Part shown: positions 13,055 through 27,639 of the stretch, one piece after another | Layout of the letters: each line of letters begins with the position of its first letter | Position numbering within the stretch: position 1 is the first letter of the stretch | Assembly: GCA_964016885.1 (NCBI GenBank) | Contig: OZ024742.1 | Coordinates: 59,024,001 to 59,088,000 of the forward strand | Source of the DNA: Eledone cirrhosa | Lineage: Eukaryota | Reading direction: 5' to 3' | Length of the DNA: 64,000 nt | The notes under the pieces: generated by a model | What the model was told of the DNA's origin: nothing | The model's database searches: none | What the model saw: only the letters and a program-made list of their open reading frames with translations | Translations under genes and position numbers: made by a program

Positions 13055-13287
13055 TTATTAATATTCGAAAGACTCAGATTACATTTATATATATATTAAA
13101 AGATATATATTAAAATATATGTGTGTATATATATATATACGCACACAGACACACACACACATATATGTATGTGTATATATATATACTACATATACACGCA
13201 CACAAATGTATATATATATACACATATCTTTTAATTTGAATTATATATATATATATATATATATACGCACACATATACACACACATA

Positions 13288-13334
<47 letters not shown>

Positions 13335-13698
13335 TACATATACACGCACACACATGTATATATATATATACATAGACATGTATGCATATACATGTACATG
13401 TATGCATATATATATGTACATTCATATATGTATATACATACATTAATGCATGTGTATATAATATATACATATATAAATACATATGTGTATATAATATATA
13501 CATATATCTATATACATATATATATACATACATATATACACACTTATATACATACATATATGTATACATACATATATACACACATATATACAAATATATA
13601 TATACATACATACGTCATACATATATATACATATATACACATACATTTATACATACATACTCACAGACGCACATAAACACACAACACACACATTCACA

Positions 13699-13732
<34 letters not shown>

Positions 13733-13937
13733 TAGTAATAATAATAATAATAAATTTGAAGACTAAAATCCAAAGAGGGCTCGATAAGGATAAATATATA
13801 TCAAATATATAAGAACCGTAGAGCAAATATTTATTAAAATAACAGATTAAAGTTTAGGCAAAGAATCGCTGCTTTCACCCTTAACGGGATCTTCTTTCAG
13901 AAGATCCCGTTAAGGGTGAATTTATTTTTGGATAGCC

Positions 13938-13988
13938 AGATTCCTGATGATTTCTCAAGAATGAAACAGTTCTAGTCCTGTAGAATCT
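13938..13988 (+). ncRNA. Type I hammerhead ribozyme (U-U variant)
   Basis: AGATTC-CTGATGA-T-TTC tcaa GAA-T-GAAA-CAG ttctagtc CTG-TA-GAATCT. Helix I is 6 bp. Confidence 0.75.
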
Positions 13989-14000
13989 CATCTATATTAA

Positions 14001-14060
<60 letters not shown>

Positions 14061-14527
14061 TTATATAAATATAAAATGCATAGGCGTATATCCATCACTC
14101 TACCTCTTGAAGTCCGATATCTTCAAATTACCAAGAAATGTTCAATGTAAGAATGTAGATTTGACTGGTAAAAATTAGTTGGTGACAAATTAAAGAAATG
14201 AAACCGTCTGGAAAAGTTGTTTTACTTTGATCTTCCGTCTGTCTGTCTGGCCCTTCTTTATGGGGTTGCCTTTAATTAGGCCACAGCATATGCGTTACGC
14301 TGACACCATTGGCATCATACACGACTGGAATGTTCTCCAGTTACTTATTTGGTTGTCATTAATAAATATACATACATACACACACAGACATACACGTATA
14401 CACACACACAAACACAGATATATGCACATATCTGTAGCCATCAAGCTATTTATCTATCAATCATTCAATTATTATGTGTTTTTGTGTGTGCGCGTAGAAC
14501 TCTCTCATACTCCCCCTCTCTCTCTCT

Positions 14528-15005
<478 letters not shown>

Positions 15006-15027
15006 TACATATATATATATATATATA

Positions 15028-15217
15028 TAGGAAAAAGTATGAACCCGACGGCAGACCTCAAGCCGTTTCGACGGTTATTTCTGGAAATAGCCGTCGAAAC
15101 AGCTTGAGCTCTGCCGTCGGGGTCATACTTTTTCCTATTTCCTACTCTACTACCCTAAGTATTGAGTACTCTGGTGCGTTATGGTCCATCTGGTTCCTTA
15201 CCACAATTCCTTTGTTT
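15028..15217 (+). mobile_element. Fold-back mini-element, family G
   Basis: Arms 15028-15081 and 15084-15137 plus an ~80-nt tail. Homologues at 38875, 52403 and 58172. Confidence 0.8.
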
Positions 15218-15227
15218 TATATATATA

Positions 15228-16571
15228 CTAGCAGTAAAGCCCGGCGTTGCTCGGGGTCGCTCAGTAGCTGTGTTAAAGTTACAATGTTAAGTTTCTTTTT
15301 TGGCTTAAAAACTGTAGTGTCTACTGTGCAGACTTGCATGTGGTGTTTTTGATTAATATTCCCTCAACCAACAATATGCCTTATGAAGTTAAGAAAACAT
15401 AACGATAACCCGAATGTTATAACAAAAGAGGATGCTGGGGATAAAAACTGCACTGGTTATTTATTAACAAAGATCGAAAATGTAAATACTGCAACGCAGA
15501 GAAAAAACATTAGCGTAACCAAATTATCAGTTATGTCTGTCTGCACGCCTATATCACCTCTCTGCACGACTGTCTGTCTGCACGCCTATATCACCTCTCT
15601 GCACGACTGTCTGTCTGCACGCCTATATCACCTCTCTGCACGACTGTCTGTCTGCACGACTGTCTGTCTGCACGCCTAACGACGAAATATTTGCTTGTTT
15701 TACGTAGTCTTTAAATAGACTTGTTTTCAAGTAAAAATATTGTTTTAAAATGCTTTTAAATGGAAATGAAGCGTGTTTTTGATTAATATTCCCTCAACCA
15801 ACAATATGCCTTATGAAGTTAAGAAAACATAACGATAACCCGAATGTTATAACAAAAGAGGATGCTGGGGATAGAAACTGCACTGGTTATTTATTAACAA
15901 AGATCGAAAATGTAAACACTGCAACGCAGAGAAAAACATTAGCGTAACCAAATTATCAGTTATGTCTGTCTGCACGCCTATATCACCTCTCTGCACGACT
16001 GTCTGTCTGCACGCCTATATCACCTCTCTGCACGACTGTCTGTCTGCACGCCTATATCACCTCTCTGCACGACTGTCTGTCTGCACGCGTATATCACCTC
16101 TCTGCACGACTGTCTGTCTGCACGACTGTCTGTCTGCACGCCTAACGACGAAATATTTGCTTGTTTTACGTAGTCTTTAAATAGACTTGTTTTCAAGTAA
16201 AAATATTGTTTTAAAATGCTTTTAAATGGAAATGAAGCAAAACGGAAGCTTAGTGTTCGAACTGATGAATTTTGCAGGTCAATATTTTGCTGGCTCGACA
16301 ACTGTTAAAGCCAGCGTAATTTTTTACGTAAGACGCTCAATGTAAACAGAACAAAGGGAAATAACTGATCACTTACGCTCAAAAATCGATACATTATATT
16401 CGATTTCGTCACATAGGGTGGGTCAATTTTAAATTTTTTTTTTCCGATGTCTTCGCTAGGGCTCAATGTACAAGTATAGCAATTTCAGTGCAATTCCGTG
16501 AGAGATTCTAAGAGGAGATGTGTGCCAAAAATCGATAGACAGACAGACAACCGCAGTTTTATATATATAGA
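15228..16571 (-). mobile_element. Non-autonomous Helitron with ~430-bp internal tandem duplication and ~37-bp minisatellite
   Basis: Minus strand 5' TCTATATATATAAAACTGCGG and 3' CCCGAGCAACGCCGGG..CTAG. Confidence 0.85.
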
Positions 16572-16586
16572 TATATATATATATAT

Positions 16587-16985
16587 TGGTAAACGGAATA
16601 GAAAATGCTGACAAATTGTTCACAGTGAAAAATAGTTTAATTAGGAATAAGTGAGAATTAGTAATAGTATTGGTTAGTATTCAGTTTTGGTTTTAAGTTT
16701 TACCTGTTGCGCATTTCTAATGCTTTTCAAAAATAATTTTGAGATAGAGCGTCCGTGATGTTTGCTCTGATCTGATTAGTTTTGGGAATTCTACCTGTTT
16801 TTATGTTAAAAATGTGGCTCCAGTGGTATTAAAATAAGTTTTGCGCCAATTCGTGTTGCAAAAATTCTTGTGGTCAAAACAATTTTGATTGGTCGGTTGA
16901 GGTCATGTGAATGTAAAAAATTGATTTTGCGCCAAATGTAGGTTTGTGTCGGCTGACTGAGAAATAAGTCTTTCACAACAAATAT
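16587..16985. repeat. Dispersed repeat, same family as 46011-46372
   Basis: 16587-16778 is nearly identical to 46011-46204. Confidence 0.75.
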
Positions 16986-17113
16986 GTGTGTGTGTGTGTA
17001 GTAGTAGTAGTAAAGAGGTTCGTTGTTGTGATAATGGTCAGCAGGGGTGTGTGTGCGAACTGCAGCCTGTTGACAGTTCAAATGCCTATTAAGACAAGTG
17101 TGTGTGTGTGTGA

Positions 17114-17193
<80 letters not shown>

Positions 17194-17554
17194 CAGAGTA
17201 ATTCGTGGTAGAGGAATGGTCAGTAGGAATGTGTCTGTAAGTGTGTGGGGGATATTTTAACATGTTAAAAGATATTTTTCAGCTCTTGTCTTATACGGAG
17301 AAGTGTGTGTGTGTGTGTGTGTATATGTCTCTTTGTATGTTAATGTATGCGTGTGTATGTGTGTGTGTATATATGTGTGTGTGTGTGTGTGAGAGAGAAT
17401 GTGTGTGTGTGTGTGGGTGGACCAGTATTTATTTCTGGTAAAAGGGTGTACATTATTCGATATTTTCAGTAAAATCGATTCTCTCAATAGAACATCAAAA
17501 ACCTTAATAATAAAAGGTGTGAAATGATATATAGTATTGGCATAATACCAAGGT

Positions 17555-17840
17555 GTGTGTGAGTGTGTCCAGATTGTACGTACTGCAAGGGGGATCCATT
17601 AGGCCTTGCCGTTTTGGAATACCTGTGCACAAATATGTATCTGGAGTGTGTCCAGAAATTGTATACCTGTGCACAGATTGTATACTTGTGTACACATTGT
17701 ACACATGTATCTGGAGTGTGTCCAGAAATTGTATAACTGTGTACAAATATGTATCTGGAGTGTGTCCAGATTGTACGTACTGCAAGGGGAATTCATTAGG
17801 CCCTGCCGTATTGGAATACCTGTGCACAAATATGTATGTG
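17555..17840. repeat. Complex minisatellite
   Basis: Repeated GTATCTGGAGTGTGTCCAGA and CCTGTGCACAAATATGTAT units. Confidence 0.8.
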
Positions 17841-18049
17841 CCCATCTGTGTGCAATGCATGTGTGCGTTTATGTATGTGTGTGTGTCGGCACGTTTATAT
17901 CTATAGACATCAAAAGGTATGCAAATTTGTGTATATTTGTGTTGCACCATAGAACATGTGTGTTTACGTATGTCATTGTGTTTATATGTGGGTAGAGATG
18001 TATGCTGATGTAGGTATGTATGTTGACGTGTGTATGTTGTGGGTTCGTC

Positions 18050-18205
18050 TTAGGGAGAAGTGTTTAGACGGGGTCCGTATTTGTTAATAAAGTAAGATTC
18101 CTTTCTTTGTAGAGGGGAAATATTCTGAAGTTGGGATGATTTTGGGCGGCACAGGTATCAATGTGTTCACTCAGTGGTATTTTCCTGTATTCCCGTATTT
18201 TAATT
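18050..18205 (-). pseudogene. PLE endonuclease C-terminal fragment
   Basis: Translates, with one frameshift, as IREYRKIPLSEHIDTC..FRIFPLYK..KESYFINKYGPRLN. Confidence 0.6.
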
Positions 18206-18274
18206 ATATATATATATCAGAGGCTTAACCATCGGGTCCCGACTTTATAAAATAGAATATATATATATATATAC

Positions 18275-18313
<39 letters not shown>

Positions 18314-18619
18314 TTCATATATATAGATCGATAACGAGGTATAGTTACGATGTATTATCATCACCTAGTAACGATCGTAAAGCAGTGAAGTATATTTCTA
18401 ATGACTTGATTTTTTATTCCATTGTTTTAACATATATATATATTTCGTTTCTGAATTTGTTTAGCAAGATTCTTTATCTGAAAACGTGTGTTGAAACCGA
18501 TATTGTTACACTTTGGGAGGGTCATGTTGCCAATAAGAAACACTCGCACCAGTTGCTTTCACTCCAATTTATTATAAATTAAATTATAAATTTAAAAATT
18601 TATAAATTTCCGGTTGGTT

Positions 18620-18762
18620 TTCTCTCATTAGGCAGCGCAATGCTGGGGCACTGCCTAGGTTAGTCGATAATATTTTTTTTTCAATTCTGGTACAAATTTT
18701 ACGGCCCCATTTTAGTGAATCACTCTATTATGGGACATGAACACAAATACTCGCATATATAG

Positions 18763-18842
<80 letters not shown>

Positions 18843-19020
18843 CACACACACACAGACACACATGTATAAATATATACGATAAGCTTCTGCAGTTTACGTT
18901 TGCCGAATTCCACTCAGGAGATATTGGTGAACAGGAGATCATAGTAGAAGACACTTATTAAAGATTCACACAGTGAGATTGAACCCAGAACCTCATTAAG
19001 CTAACTCGTTAACCACACAA

Positions 19021-19023
<3 letters not shown>
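18620..19023 (-). mobile_element. tRNA-SINE family B with internal microsatellite
   Basis: Homologous to 57945-58520 and 42740-42870. Confidence 0.55.
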
Positions 19024-19069
<46 letters not shown>

Positions 19070-19121
19070 TAGAGAGAGGGTGAGAGAGAGAAAGAGAGAG
19101 AAAGAAAGAGAGAGAGAGAGA

Positions 19122-19196
<75 letters not shown>

Positions 19197-19716
19197 GAAT
19201 GTGAAAGGATATTCTATATATCTAAATACAATAAACATATGGTAGTTTCCCTATCAAAGATAGCGTTCGTAGAGTAAAATCATGTTATAAGTCTAAACTG
19301 GTTATTCATTCTTAATTTATTAAATTTCAAGCTCTGCAGTTTGTGCCATAATCTATAACGTAATCTACAGAGGTTGAAAAATCATTCCGTCTTTTCGGTT
19401 ACTGATAGACCAAGTTAATACTGATTAGCATTGAGCTTCTATAATGTTTACCAGGACATATATTGATAAACTCTGATTTAACCCAACACACACACACACA
19501 CACACACCGCACCACACACACGCACTACATAATATAGTTTAATAATGGGGCGTATAAACCAACTAAATTTCAAACTCCACTCGCCACAAGAGCGAGAATG
19601 AGGGGCTTATTCTACTGATATGGCTTATAAAAGAGGCTGTTTGCATGACTGCAAACGAATCGAAGATTATTAACTTTGCCTTTCATCTTTACGAGGTCGA
19701 TATGTATGGCGATGTA

Positions 19717-19902
19717 TGGCGTGGACTGACAGTATCGGTAGAGGGTTGGACGCCATGCTTTGCAGCAAAGAGTTACGTCTCTTTACGGACTGAGTTCAAA
19801 TCCCGCCGAGGTTAACTTTGCCTTTCATCCTTACGGGGTCGATAAAATAAAGTACCAGTAATACACTGGGATAATTGCTGGCCTTGTGCCAAAAGTAGAA
19901 AC

Positions 19903-19907
<5 letters not shown>
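19717..19907 (+). mobile_element. SINE A
   Basis: Full head (A and B boxes), body and tail. Confidence 0.85.
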
Positions 19908-20001
<94 letters not shown>

Positions 20002-20129
20002 GATCCGTGTTATTCTTCACTCTTTTAATATATGTGTATATACGCGTGCGTGTGTTGTGTGTTTGTGTGTGTGTGTCTGTATGAGTGTGTATAAGGATGG
20101 CTTTGAAGGATGGTTGAGCCCTATGGGAA

Positions 20130-20480
20130 GATAAAGTGGTGTATTTAAATCACTGTGGATTATGGTTGCGTGTGTTCAAATGTGGGGTGTGAAGTGGGTT
20201 GACAGATGTGGTGTATTTAAGTGGCTATTGATTGTTGATGTGTGTGTTTAAATGTAGGGTGGAAATGGGAAGATTGATGTGGTGTATCTAAATGACTGGA
20301 TTGAGGTTGTGTATGTTGGAGTGTGGGTATGAGCTGAGTGGATAGACGTGCTGTATTTAAGTGGTTGTAGGTTGTGGTTGTGTGTCCGAGTGTGAGATGA
20401 AGGGGAAGATAAATGTGGTGTATTTAAGTAGCTAGGGTTTGTGGTTATGCACGTTCAACTGTGAGGTGTGAGGTAGGTTC
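20130..20480. repeat. Degenerate ~62-bp tandem repeat
   Basis: GTGGTGTATTTAA recurs about 6 times at ~62-nt spacing. Confidence 0.7.
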
Positions 20481-20825
20481 AAGAATATTTAACATTTTCT
20501 TGATTACTGAATGTGGATGATAATTGAAAAATGATAAGTGATTCTTTTGATCATTATTTCACATGTGTGGGAGGAGATTATTTTGACTAAAGGCTGGTAG
20601 AAATATGTGTGGTGGTCATGGAGGGATTAATCTTTAGAAAATATTATTTGGGAGGTTGTGGAAGGTTTGATCCTTTAGAATGTATTGTTTGGTAGGTTGT
20701 GGAGAATTGATTAATGTAAGCTGTAGTGATGACAGCAGGTAATGGATACAACAATGAAATAATAAATATAAGAATAAATACACACACACACACACACACA
20801 GACACACACACACACACGCGCGCAC

Positions 20826-20913
<88 letters not shown>

Positions 20914-21187
20914 GCGCGCGCATGCACGCACACACGCACACACACAGGCATATGTAGATATATATGAATGAAAATAATAAATTGATATGGTGATGAATAA
21001 TGAGATAAATAAATATATAAATAAATCTAAAACATGAAAGAGCGCAAAAATAGAAATTATGGAAATGAAGGTGAGGTAGAGAGAAGGGAAGAAGTATGAA
21101 GGTGAGGTAGAGAGAAGGGAAGAAGTATGAATACATTAATGCATATATATAAATAGGAATATATGTAAAAGGTAATAATAATATTGG

Positions 21188-21980
21188 AGTCTGATTTAGG
21201 CACAAGGCCAACAATTTGAGGGGAGAGGAAAGTAAATTAAATCGATCCCTGTATATTACTGGTGATTTATTTCATCGACCTCGAAAGGATGCTGACCTCG
21301 GTGACATCTGAACTCAGAATGTGAAAGTCGATCGACTTTCGTCAAATCGGACCGAGGAAACAATGTTTCCGTTGGTCTTCCCAATTGCTAATACTCTCCA
21401 TCGGTCGCAACTCCAGGTAAAAGGAGCAACGTCAAATAAAGTGTCTTGCTCAAGGACATAACGCATCACCTGGTTCAGTAATCGAACTCACAACATCACG
21501 ATTGCAAATCCAATTCTCTTACCACTCAGCCATGCGCCTTCACTCAGAATGTAAAGGGCCTTAATTCATTGCCAGGAAGCATGGTGTCGGACGCTCTACC
21601 GATACTGCCAACCAACAGACCTTGGTTTCTGATTTAGGCAAAAGGCTAACAGGGGAATGTCGATCAAATCGACTCTAGTGCGTTAGCGGTACGTTATTTC
21701 ATCGATTCTGTAAGGATGAAAGGCAAAGCTAATCTCGGCGGGATTTGAACTCAGAACATAAAGGGACGTAACTTTATGTCCCAAAGCACGTTGTCCGACG
21801 CTTTTGGTTTCTGATTTAGGCATAAGGCCAACAATTTGGGAGGAAAGGGAAAGTCGATTAAATGAACCCCAGTGCATTACTGGTGCTTTATTTTATCGAC
21901 ACCGTAAGGATGAAAGGCAAAGCTAACCTCGGCGGGATTTGAATACCGAACGTAAAGGGCTATAACTTAATGCTGAAACG
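21188..21980 (-). mobile_element. Cluster of three SINE A copies, the first interrupted by another tRNA-SINE (about 21330-21543)
   Basis: Repeated GATTTAGGCA..AAGGC starts at about 21193, 21631 and 21813. Confidence 0.75.
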
Positions 21981-21981
21981 C

Positions 21982-22960
21982 ACCCATCTGTTAATGGGAG
22001 ATCTAAAGGTTTATTTTGCAAATGACTGTCAGCTCGAAACACTACTGCAGACAGTACATGGATTCACAAAAGAAATAAAAATGAAGCTTGGACTAGAAAA
22101 ATATGCCAAGGCAACCCTAAAGAGAGGAAAACTAGTGACAATTCTAATGTTATGCAAGATAAAGAAACCGAGATAAGAGATTTAGATAAAACACAGGCAT
22201 TTAAATACTTAGGAATTAATGAACTAAGTGGGTTTCAACACACAAAAATGAAAGAAAAGATTAGAAAAGAATAATATAGACGACTTAGATTACTAAATGG
22301 AAAGAATAAAGTAATAGGTACCAATACTCTAGCGAGCCCCATAATAAGCTACAGTTCCAACATTCTGAACAGGACACTAAAAGAATTAGCCGGACTAGAC
22401 AACAAAAGCATGAAAAGTAATGACGGAATTTAGAATACACAACTCCAAATCAAATGTAAAAAGATTATAACTAACACAAACAAAAGAGGCTTTATACAAC
22501 TAGAGACTCGTTATAAAATAACTACTGCATGGCTTCAAACTTATCTAATGAAAAATAACGGAAATTTAATAGCCATGAAACACGAACAAACTCAAAAATT
22601 GTTTTTTTATCTTCAAGGAAGCCAACAAATTCAAAACAGAAACTAAATTGACATAATGTTATAGTTATGAGGAAAATGACAACACAGAAGAAACAGCAAC
22701 GGAATCTGCAAAAAAGTTTAAATTCAAATCAAACACAGATGTCCAGAATATTATGCAAAAACAATAGCACCCCCACCCATACATGGCCAATACCGAACAA
22801 AAAAAAAACTGAATAGAGAGGAAGTGAACAGGCAAAATTCACAAAACTGGTTAAGAACCATTGGACTAAAAGCAGAGGCTGAAGGATTTCTTATTGCAGC
22901 AAAAGATCAAAACCTCCCCACCAGAAACCACCAAATATATATAATGAAGCATTAACACAG
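21982..22960 (+). pseudogene. Degenerate R4/Dong-clade LINE RT
   Basis: THLLMGDLKVY..MKLGLEKYAK..KRGK and EGFLIAAKDQNLPTRN. Confidence 0.75.
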
Positions 22961-23132
22961 CAACAGCTGAATGAATATGTAGTGATGGGGAAGAAACAAT
23001 TAGCTACACTATCTCCGGCTGACCAGTAAAGGTATATATATATATATATAAAGTTAAATGAAACAAAACAAAACTCAGAAAGCAAAATTACACAGTTATA
23101 TTAGGTTGACGTAAAGGTGTATATATATATAC

Positions 23133-23853
23133 ACAAATATAATTTCAGTGAGATCGAATTTCGGCAGTGGTCGAAAACAAAGCGAAACGCAATTTCCGAG
23201 TTATGCGGCAAGCGCTCCATGGACTAAAAAAAGACCAGAGCAATAAACATAGGTTATAGAGGCCAAACAAACTGAGAATAGCGGTCAAGAAGCCATCAGC
23301 CACCTAAGCCAAAAAAAACGAAGCAAGCTAAACAGGTCAAACAAAAGAATATTTACCTGGACCCCTGGAATTGATGGTTTAATCCAGTAAAGAGTTTCTG
23401 CGACACCTAAATCAATTATACTGCCTGCTTCCATATTAAGCTTTTGGTATAATGATCAAACAAGGCTGCCACTTTGTCAACAGGTATTTTGTTCTCAGCC
23501 GGCGTGCGGGATTACGTCAGTAGTAATATGTAGTAGTTATAACCACAAGTGTATTATCCTGCAAGGGAGGTAACCCCAATTTTTGGCGGTGAATTCAGCA
23601 TGTGTAAAATTAATGCAAGAATTGCAAAAACTGCACAAATCGAATTAAGCTCTCGACCGGGTTGTTTTTAAAATAAACTTAAGCAATTAATCAGTCAATA
23701 GAATTATCTAATATAATTAACTGGTTAATTGCTAGGCCCGGGAGATTAATACAAATATAATTTCAGCGAGATCGAATTTCGGCAGTGGTCGAAAACAAAA
23801 CGAAACATAATTTCCGATTATGCTCCATGGACTAAAAAAAGACCAGAGCAATA
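23133..23853. repeat. Insert bounded by ~105-bp direct repeats, 618 bp apart
   Basis: ACAAATATAATTTCAG..GACCAGAGCAATA at 23133 and 23751. Confidence 0.8.
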
Positions 23854-24785
23854 TAGTAGAACACTGGAAGGTTATATCCGTAGTAGCAGAGCACTCAGTC
23901 CATGGGAGGAGTTTGGTAGAAGTAGTTCCACAGCAGTTAGTTCACCATACCGAGAACAAATATTTCACCTTATGCGGATCCATATATTCAAAAATAAAAG
24001 GAAAGCACTAACAAGGGACAGTCCCCTCTTCAGTTGTCTCCTGAAGGTTATCGACATTTCAACATGTATGTATATTTATACGTATATAGAGGTCTATATA
24101 CAAGCTTACATCGAACGAGGATACATTAACTGAATGTGCGCTCAATACATGTGAACAGAGCATAAATTTCCTGTTCCGAAGAAAAAAAAAATGGGAGAGC
24201 CGACTGAAAAATGTACCAATACTAAAACCTCGAAGTCATTGGCACAATATAACATAAGAGAGAAAAAAGAAAGAGATCGAATGAGTATCAGTGAAGGCTA
24301 GAGGGAGCGAGAAGGAAAGATAGAGGAAGAGAAAGAAAATATAGAAAGGGAGAGAAAGATAGAAGGAGAGAAAGAAAAAGGGAGAGACAAGAAGATGGAG
24401 AGAAATGGAGAGAGGCGCAGAGAGGGAGAGAGAATGAGTGAGAGAAAGACGGTGAGAGACGAACAACGTGAGAGAGAGACCGAGAAATTGAAAGAAAGAC
24501 GGAGAAATAGACTGAAAGAAAGAGGGAGGAAGAAACGGGGAGAGAGAGTAAGGGAGAGAAAGGTAGAGAACAGAATTGGTCGTTATCAGTTATTTACATC
24601 AACATCAACCAATAACATTTTAGTGAACTTTAAAAAGTTGCAGTTTTGAACTAACATTTCAAATGTCCAACGTTAGTTTTCCATCCCTTCTACCCTTCAT
24701 TTCTACAACTAAATGTCATTTCCAGAGCCACAGAATGCGTAGATCACTATCTATATATCTATACACACATACACACACATACATT

Positions 24786-24816
<31 letters not shown>

Positions 24817-24900
24817 ATGTATGTATGTATGTGTGTATGTATGTATGTATGTATGTACGTACGTATGTATGTACGTATGTATGTATGCATGTATGTATAA

Positions 24901-24938
<38 letters not shown>

Positions 24939-24963
24939 ATATGTGTGTGAGTGTGTGTATGTG

Positions 24964-25021
<58 letters not shown>

Positions 25022-25119
25022 TATCTATATATGTATATATATGTGTGTGTGTGTATGTCTGTGTACATATATATACATATATAAATACACACGCGCGCGC
25101 ACACACATGCACACACATA

Positions 25120-25167
<48 letters not shown>

Positions 25168-25559
25168 CGTGTGCACAATGATTTAATGAGAAAGTACCAA
25201 CAGTTTAACATATGGCAATCGCCCGCCGGAGCCAACGGTGTTTCAATATTTAATAAGTCAAAATATAGTTATGTCGTATAAGAACCTTCTACACGGATAG
25301 TTCGGTGGATTGACGAGACATTTTAATGGAGTGTATATAGCAATATTCCAGCATAGCTCTCCACTAACTACAGTGAGTGTTCCAGATTTGGTATAACCGT
25401 ATAGCCCACATATGATATTAAGGTTTAAGTGGCTCAGCATTCCATTGACACGTGTATCTTTAATGTAATTCTCAGATAAATTTATTTAGAATATCTAAAT
25501 GGAGAAAGTAATAAAGAAAATAGTAGGAAAATGAATTCTATGAAATTCGATATATACAG

Positions 25560-26720
25560 AAATTCGATATTTACAGAAATAGGATATATACAATGTTTTA
25601 AACATTTTTTCTTTGGAATATAAATGAAGAGTTTGTGAGGTCTTCCAACTCTGGAACAACCTACATATAATTGGCCATGTGAGAAACAACTCTTTCCTAG
25701 ATGAAGACCGACAACCTGCAGTGTTTGACTATAGTGGGAACTTGTTAATGGTCATTGCGTAACTGACTCTCACTGGGAATTGCAATTGTTTGAAAGGAAA
25801 GGGGACATCTGTTGGTATTAGCAGTCAATCTAGTTATAAATACAATATCTCCCTTACCACATCCAGTGAGGATTTGGGTTTCGATAATGTGGGGCTGTAG
25901 TTCAGTCACAACCATATGCATCCCATTGCACAATCTTGGCTGACCCAGCTTTCTGAGAAGCATGACGGCTGCGCTCTTCCTCCATTCAGGGTTTGTAGCA
26001 GCATACTGGATCGTTTCGGACTGTTGAGAAATTCAACATGATAATCAACAACTTAATCCTCATCGACAGCTTTGTCAATAGATTTATAGGTCTAGCTACC
26101 CCCAGGGATCATTTGTGAGACATATTTTATTGATAGCATTGACTGCGATGTTTTGTTGGGGCAAGGATTGCTGTTTTACACAGTCATAGAATGGTGGATT
26201 TCGAAATTGGGGAACACTTGATTAATTAAGCTTACAACGCTTTCCACAACACTACAAAACAATGAAGGTTTTCTATAAATAAACGGCTGTGAGGTGCTTA
26301 TCATAACTCCGAGGGTCCCCTTCCCTTCCCGCCTCTGTTATTCTCACCGAAGAAATCTCCCAGGCTGGGACAATCAGACCCCCTCCCCAATTCTGGTTTC
26401 GGAAAGGAATGTGATTGCGAGCATGCCGGAGGTCAGATTAGTTAAACACACACGAAAAAGCCTAGGATAAAACTTTTTTCGCGATCCCCAGCTTGTGCTT
26501 TTCCCTAAATTTTCGGAAGAAAGGAGTCATTGGCGAATAAGTCAGATGTCAGGTAGGTAAAAAAAACCCCCAAAAACTAGAAAATAAAATAATACCCACT
26601 GAATAAATCTCCAGGGTCGGGAGATTAGTTGATTAGTTGAAAACATGAAAGACCCATAATTATTACCAATTTTATTTAGTGTTAGCGGTCAACGTTCAAA
26701 CGAACTTCTATTATATATAT
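25560..26720 (-). mobile_element. Helitron remnant with PIF1-like helicase C-terminus
   Basis: MLLRKL..RLCNG..ILTGCGKG.., QFPVRVSYAMTINK, frameshifted HGQLYV..SRVG. Possible Helitron-like 5' end near 26715. Confidence 0.8.
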
Positions 26721-26809
26721 ATACATATATGTATAATGTATAATGGCTGATTTGTCGGAGCGTCGAACAAAAAGCTTCAGCTAAGAGTAGAAACTTGTAG
26801 ATGAGTGTT

Positions 26810-27350
26810 GTGTGCAAAGATAAGACGGATAGGAACTTCTATCAGACTCCCCACATGCAAGAAACAGATGTATACATTCTACTAAGTGGGTAACAACACT
26901 GAAATCGGAGGAGTATTCATATTGGTGTCAGAAAAATGGGTATATAATTTAATTGAGGTAGCCAGAGTATGAGACTGAATGATTAAGCTTATCCAAATAG
27001 ACAACACTGATCTCTTTATATGCATCACAATTAGCACAGACTAATAAATAAAAGGGCCGTTTCTATTTGACCTTCTTACGGTCTACCTTGATATAAGACA
27101 GCAGCGACTTCGTTATTACAGCTGGTGATTTTAATGAACATGTTGGGCAACAGCATGATGGCTATTTCAATGTACTTGGTAGCTATAGCTATAATACAAG
27201 GAAATCAAGACTATATAGTACACGGAATAAAGAAAGATCAAGGCTCTTATATTCTTTTTGAGGCAAATGATGTAATTCTTTTGCAACATTAACCCCAGAA
27301 AACCGACCAACCAACTGATCATCTACCACTCAGGGGAACATACAAACTAG
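26810..27350 (+). pseudogene. LINE apurinic-like endonuclease remnant
   Basis: VITAGDFNEHVG at about 27111-27147. Confidence 0.65.
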
Positions 27351-27639
27351 ATAGTCTGCCAATACTACAATAGATTCTGCTGCTCGAAGCTTGCTGAACA
27401 TATGCCACCATCACACTGTCGCTACTAACTCACTCATTACTCATCTCAACATCACTTTTCCCTCGCAATATCCATCACATCCAGAACATAAGCCCTCTTG
27501 AACACCCTCCGTCGTTCATGATTTTCCAAAAGGTGTTGACTTGCAACAGTTTAAGCGGAACATTGACGGAATATATATATTTATCCACGGAAACAGTAAA
27601 GACATCCATACCGCATCGCCCTTCGCGTGGGATAACAAG

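Noticed and set aside
15534-16140. CRISPR-like ~37-bp repeats
   Set aside because: Contiguous tandem units without unique spacers, in a eukaryotic Helitron context.
23357-23406. Minus-strand exon-like segment inside the 618-bp unit
   Set aside because: Weak acceptor and no other support.
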